Shown here piece after piece: positions 60,376 to 64,000 of a stretch of 64,000 bases of DNA; within the stretch, counting starts at the first letter, position 1; each line of letters begins with the position of its first letter. Both the position numbers and the translations under genes were made by a program. Source of the stretch: an uncultured Acidobacteriota bacterium. GTDB taxonomy: Bacteria > Acidobacteriota > Thermoanaerobaculia > UBA5066 > Gp7-AA6. A model generated the notes under the pieces. That model saw only the letters and a list, made by a program, of their open reading frames with translations, was not told the DNA's origin and searched no databases. Location of the stretch: positions 398,784 through 462,783 of the forward strand of contig CAWINF010000003.1 of NCBI GenBank assembly GCA_963837495.1. Direction: 5' to 3'.

Positions 60376-61686
60376 TCAGCCCGCGGAGGGGAGGGCGGCG
60401 AGGAATTTCGAGTCGGGGCGGCGAATGGTTTCTTCGCGGCGGGGGCCGGTGGCTATGAAGGCAGCGGAGGCGCCGACGGCGTCTTCGAGGAAGCGGACGT
60501 AGCGGCTGGCGGCGGGAGGAAGGTCTTCGTAGCGCGTCACCGCGGTGGTCTTCGATTTCCAACCGGGAAGGGTCTCGTACACGGGCTCCAGGCGGGCCAC
60601 GTCCTCGACGAGAGGAGGCAAAGTGTCCGTCGACCGGCCGTCGAGGCGGTAGCCGACGCAGACGGGGATCTCGTCGAGGTCGTCGAGCACGTCGAGCTTC
60701 GTGATCGCGATCGCTTCGGCGCCGGAGAGCGCGACGGAGGTTCGGGCGACGACGGCGTCGAACCAGCCGGTGCGGCGGGGACGCCCCGTCGAGGTGCCGT
60801 ACTCGTTGCCGCGCGCGCGGAGGAATTCTCCGGTCGCGTTCGAAAGCTCGGTCGGGAAGGGCCCCGCTCCCACTCGGGTCGTGTAGGCCTTCAAGACGAC
60901 GAGAGAAGCGTCCAGGGCGCGCGGCGAGATCTGCAGTCCCGCTGCGAGGCCGGCCGAGGTGCACGTCGAGGATGTAACGAACGGGTACGTGCCAGCGGAG
61001 ATGTCGAGCATGGCGCCGTGCGCGCCCTCGCCGAGCAGAGTCCCCCCGGAAGCGAGGTGATTTCGCAGGTATCGCCCCGTGTCGGTCACGTAGGGTGCGA
61101 TCCGGGCCGCGGACTTTGCGAGCGAGGCGGCGACCGATCCGGGCGCGGGGACGACGATCTCTCCCAGCGCTGAAAGGAGCGTCCCGGTCTCCGCGGCCAG
61201 AGCCTCGACGCGCCCGATGAGGATCTCGGGCCGGAAGAGATCCGCGACGCGGACGCCGTGGCGCGCGGCGACGGATTCGTAAGCCGGTCCGATTCCCCGC
61301 AACGTCGTACCGAGCTTCGCGTTCCCGGCCGCGCGTTCGCGGGCGCCATCCAGGAGCCGGTGGTAGGGGAGGATGACGTGCGCGCGGTCGGAGAGGAGAA
61401 GGTTGTCGTCGATCGAGATCCCCGCGGCGCGGAGCGCGTCGATCTCGGAGAGAAGCGCCTCCGGATCCACCACAACTCCCGGGCCGATGACCCCCTTGCG
61501 GCCCCGCACAATCCCGGACGGGAGAAGGTGCAGCGCGAAATGGCGGTCGTCGAATTTGACCGTGTGCCCCGCGTTGTGGCCCCCGTGGTATCGCGCGACG
61601 ATGTCGAAGCGGTCCGAGAGAAGGTCTACGACCTTCCCCTTGCCTTCGTCTCCCCATTGACCGCCCAGGACCGCCACGACTCTCAC
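60376..61686 (-). CDS. purA: Adenylosuccinate synthetase.
   Basis: GGQWGDEGKGK P-loop and GHNAGHT motifs; full length. Confidence 0.9.
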   Translation of the reverse strand: MRVVAVLGGQWGDEGKGKVVDLLSDRFDIVARYHGGHNAGHTVKFDDRHFALHLLPSGIVRGRKGVIGPGVVVDPEALLSEIDALRAAGISIDDNLLLSDRAHVILPYHRLLDGARERAAGNAKLGTTLRGIGPAYESVAARHGVRVADLFRPEILIGRVEALAAETGTLLSALGEIVVPAPGSVAASLAKSAARIAPYVTDTGRYLRNHLASGGTLLGEGAHGAMLDISAGTYPFVTSSTCTSAGLAAGLQISPRALDASLVVLKAYTTRVGAGPFPTELSNATGEFLRARGNEYGTSTGRPRRTGWFDAVVARTSVALSGAEAIAITKLDVLDDLDEIPVCVGYRLDGRSTDTLPPLVEDVARLEPVYETLPGWKSKTTAVTRYEDLPPAASRYVRFLEDAVGASAAFIATGPRREETIRRPDSKFLAALPSAG

Positions 61687-61762
61687 GCTGGCCGCCTCTC
61701 TCGAGTTTGGAAGAACGCCGCAAGATAGCAGGCCGCGGGGGTTCTATACAATTCGGCGTCGC

Positions 61763-63280
61763 GTGAAACGTCTCGTCCTGACCGGCGCCGGATTGACGCT
61801 CGAGGATCTCGTGGACGCCGCCGACCGGCGCGCGCGCGCGACACTCGGTCCGTCGGCGCGGCGCGCGATGTCGGCCTCTCGACGCGTCGTGGAGCGGGCT
61901 GTCGCTCGGGGCGCCCGGGTGTACGGAGTCACGACGGGATTCGGGAGGTTCGCCGACGTGACGATTCCGGAGGACCGACTCGAGGAGCTCCAAAGAAACC
62001 TGGTTCGCAGCCACTCGGCGGGCGTCGGGAAGCCCCTTCCGGATCGCGCCGTGAGAGCCATGATCGTCCTGAGGGCAAACGCGCTGGCCAAGGGATTGTC
62101 GGGGATCCGGGCGGGAACGGTCCAGGCGCTCCTCGATATGCTCCACGCCGACGTCCTCCCGGTCGTTCCGGAGCAGGGTTCCGTCGGCGCCTCGGGAGAC
62201 CTCGCGCCGCTGGCGCATCTGGCGCTGGGTCTGATCGGAGAAGGGCACGCGCGGCGGCGAGGGCGCCTCCTGCCGGCCGGACGCGCGTTACGCGACGCCG
62301 GACTGCGACCGGTGGCGCTGGCCGCAAAGGAGGGCCTGGCGCTCGTCAATGGCGTCCAGATGACGGTGGCGGTCGGCGGACTGGCTCTGGCCCGCGCTCT
62401 CTTCCTCGCCCGCGTGGCGGACATCGCGGGCGCCGCCTCGCTCGACGCGGCGCGGGGATCGGATGCCGCGTTCGATGCGCGGGTCCTCTCGGCCCGGCCG
62501 CATCCGGGAGCGATGACCTCGGCGAAGAACTTGAGAAGACTCCTCTCCGCGAGCGCCATCCGCGAGTCCCACCGCGGCTGCGGCAAGATCCAGGACAACT
62601 ACGCCCTGCGCTGCATGCCTCAGGTCCACGGCGCCGCGCGGGACGCCTTCACTCACGCACGCGAAGTCCTCGAGCGGGAGATGAACAGCGCGACGGACAA
62701 TCCTCTCGTCTTCGCCCGCGGCGGACGGATCGTTTCGGGAGGCAACTTTCACGGAGCGCCGGTCGGCCTCGTCCTGGACTACGCGGCCGTCGCGGCCACG
62801 GACCTCGCCTCGATCTCGGAGCGGCGCATCGAGAAGCTCCTGAACCCCGACCTCTCGGAGCTGCCGGCTTTCCTCGTCGAAGAAGGAGGCTTGAACTCGG
62901 GTCTCATGATGGCGCAGGTGACGGCGGCGGCCCTCGTTTCGGAGTGCAAGGGTCTCGCGCACCCGGCCTCGGTGGACTCGATTCCCACCTCGGCCGACAA
63001 GGAAGACCACGTCTCGATGTCCCCCATCGCGGCGCGGAAATTCTCGAAGGTCGTGGAGATTCTCGAGCGAGTCCTGGCGATCGAGCTCCTCGTCGCCTTT
63101 CAGGCGATGGAATTCCTGCGTCCCCTCCGGACGTCCCCGCCGCTCGAGCGCGTCCGGCAGGCGTTGCGCCGCTCCGTCGCGCCCTGGCGGAAGGACCGGG
63201 TCCTGTCCGACGACCTGGAGGCCGCCCACGCCTTCCTCGACAGCGCCGCCTTGAAGCGGCTTGCCGCGGAGCTGGATTAG
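61763..63280 (+). CDS. hutH: Histidine ammonia-lyase.
   Basis: MIO-forming triad GASGDLAPL (ASG); 505 aa. Confidence 0.9.
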   Translation: MKRLVLTGAGLTLEDLVDAADRRARATLGPSARRAMSASRRVVERAVARGARVYGVTTGFGRFADVTIPEDRLEELQRNLVRSHSAGVGKPLPDRAVRAMIVLRANALAKGLSGIRAGTVQALLDMLHADVLPVVPEQGSVGASGDLAPLAHLALGLIGEGHARRRGRLLPAGRALRDAGLRPVALAAKEGLALVNGVQMTVAVGGLALARALFLARVADIAGAASLDAARGSDAAFDARVLSARPHPGAMTSAKNLRRLLSASAIRESHRGCGKIQDNYALRCMPQVHGAARDAFTHAREVLEREMNSATDNPLVFARGGRIVSGGNFHGAPVGLVLDYAAVAATDLASISERRIEKLLNPDLSELPAFLVEEGGLNSGLMMAQVTAAALVSECKGLAHPASVDSIPTSADKEDHVSMSPIAARKFSKVVEILERVLAIELLVAFQAMEFLRPLRTSPPLERVRQALRRSVAPWRKDRVLSDDLEAAHAFLDSAALKRLAAELD

Positions 63281-63285
63281 TGGAT

Positions 63286-63404
63286 TTGTCATCCTGAGGT
63301 CGCCGACGCGCCAGAGCCGCCATGGCGACGGCGCGAGCGAAGCGACGAAGGATCTGCTCGTCTTTTCTCAAGAGGGCAGATCCTTCGCTGCGCTCAGGAT
63401 GACA
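63286..63404. mobile_element. MITE-like element copy 3 (119 bp), with its internal module inverted relative to copies 1 and 2.
   Basis: Termini TTGTCATCCTGAG and CTCAGGATGACA. Internal gtcgccgacgcgccagagcc and cgagcgaagcgacgaaggatctgc are reverse complements of modules in copies 1 and 2. Confidence 0.7.
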
Positions 63405-63460
63405 AGAGGCTCGGGATGACAAGAAAAGGCTCAGGATGACAAGACGAGGCTCGGGATAGC
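63405..63460. repeat. Three extra tandem ~18-bp partial-TIR units (GGCTC[A/G]GGATGACAAGA...).
   Basis: Reads agaggctcgggatgacaagaaaaggctcaggatgacaagacgaggctcgggatagc. Confidence 0.7.
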
Positions 63461-63472
63461 TATACTTTCCCC

Positions 63473-64000
63473 GTGCCGGTCGAGTCTCCTCCCCGCGTCA
63501 TCCGGGCTGCGACGGGTACGGGACTGCGCTGCCGGGGCTGGGCACAGGAAGCGGCCCTGCGGATGCTCGAGAACAACCTGGACCCGGACGTGGCCGAGAA
63601 GCCGGGCGAGCTCATCGTCTACGGCGGAACGGGCAAGGCGGCGCGCAACTGGGAGTGCTTCGACGCGATCGTCGCGACGCTCGAGCGCCTGCGCTCCGAT
63701 GAGACCCTCCTCGTGCAGTCGGGCAAGCCCGTCGGGGTCTTCCGCACGCACGAGGACGCGCCGCGCGTCCTGATCGCCAACGCCATGCTCGTGCCGGCCT
63801 GGGCGACGGCGGACGAGTTCCGGCGCCTGGAAGGAATGGGACTGACGATGTACGGGCAGATGACCGCGGGCTCCTGGATCTACATCGGGAGCCAGGGCAT
63901 CCTGCAGGGAACCTTCGAGACTTTCGCGGCCGCCGCGGCGAAGCACTTCGACGGCAGCCTCGAGGGACGTCTCGTGGTGACGGCCGGCCTGGGCGGGATG
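63473..64000 (+). CDS. hutU: Urocanate hydratase (5' part; continues beyond the window).
   Basis: GTG start. Reads [57 protein letters not shown], the canonical HutU N-terminus. Confidence 0.8.
   Translation, partial: MPVESPPRVIRAATGTGLRCRGWAQEAALRMLENNLDPDVAEKPGELIVYGGTGKAARNWECFDAIVATLERLRSDETLLVQSGKPVGVFRTHEDAPRVLIANAMLVPAWATADEFRRLEGMGLTMYGQMTAGSWIYIGSQGILQGTFETFAAAAAKHFDGSLEGRLVVTAGLGGM

Overview
This 64-kb window is high-GC bacterial chromosome (about 68-70% GC over most of it, with clear third-position GC codon bias). Gene content points to a Gram-negative organism, possibly Acidobacteria/Myxococcota-like, but the taxon cannot be fixed from the sequence alone. Most of it is core housekeeping. 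Conserved genes include lipA, lnt, prfB, acnA, purA and hutH/hutU. prfB carries an intact, E. coli-like programmed +1 frameshift site. Ten heme-biosynthesis genes sit in two divergently placed operons. One (minus strand) is hemE-hemN-hemH-hemY. The other (plus strand) is hemX(ccsA-like)-hemA-hemC-hemD-hemB-hemL. A metal/oxyanion resistance island holds a TolC-MFP-RND efflux operon, a ChrB-like regulator, a molybdopterin oxidoreductase, a CzcD-type CDF transporter and a membrane c-type cytochrome. Several regions are accessory or unusual. The first is a three-gene cluster at 942-4390: an NAD-dependent epimerase, a serine palmitoyltransferase and a GNAT-fold acyltransferase. This matches the bacterial ceramide synthesis set (CerR/Spt/bCerS). 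It lies beside a PAP2 phosphatase and an NfeD-stomatin pair. The second is a tRNA-Glu-derived locus at 13150-14110. It has one intact tRNA-Glu(UUC), three perfect 133-bp tandem units that each re-use the tRNA 3' half, and two 163-164-bp tRNA-like pseudo-units. The pseudo-units show compensatory stem changes. The third is a MITE-like family, three copies with TTGTCATCCTGAG inverted termini; one copy is inserted between two ABC-transporter cistrons. The fourth is a reduced-GC accessory block at 49.5-55.6 kb with a LuxR-type regulator, a collagen-like (GXY)n secreted protein, a UdgX-like uracil-DNA glycosylase and a secreted hypothetical. A putative genomic-island remnant (55.3-60.3 kb) sits at tRNA-Lys(UUU), bounded by a 26-nt direct repeat of the tRNA 3' end. 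It carries a (TPTN)n repeat protein, a clan GH-A glycosidase and a truncated receiver-domain remnant. Gene-dense regions produce many long spurious alternative-frame ORFs, including a 1776-aa minus-strand ORF; these were rejected on codon-bias and homology grounds.
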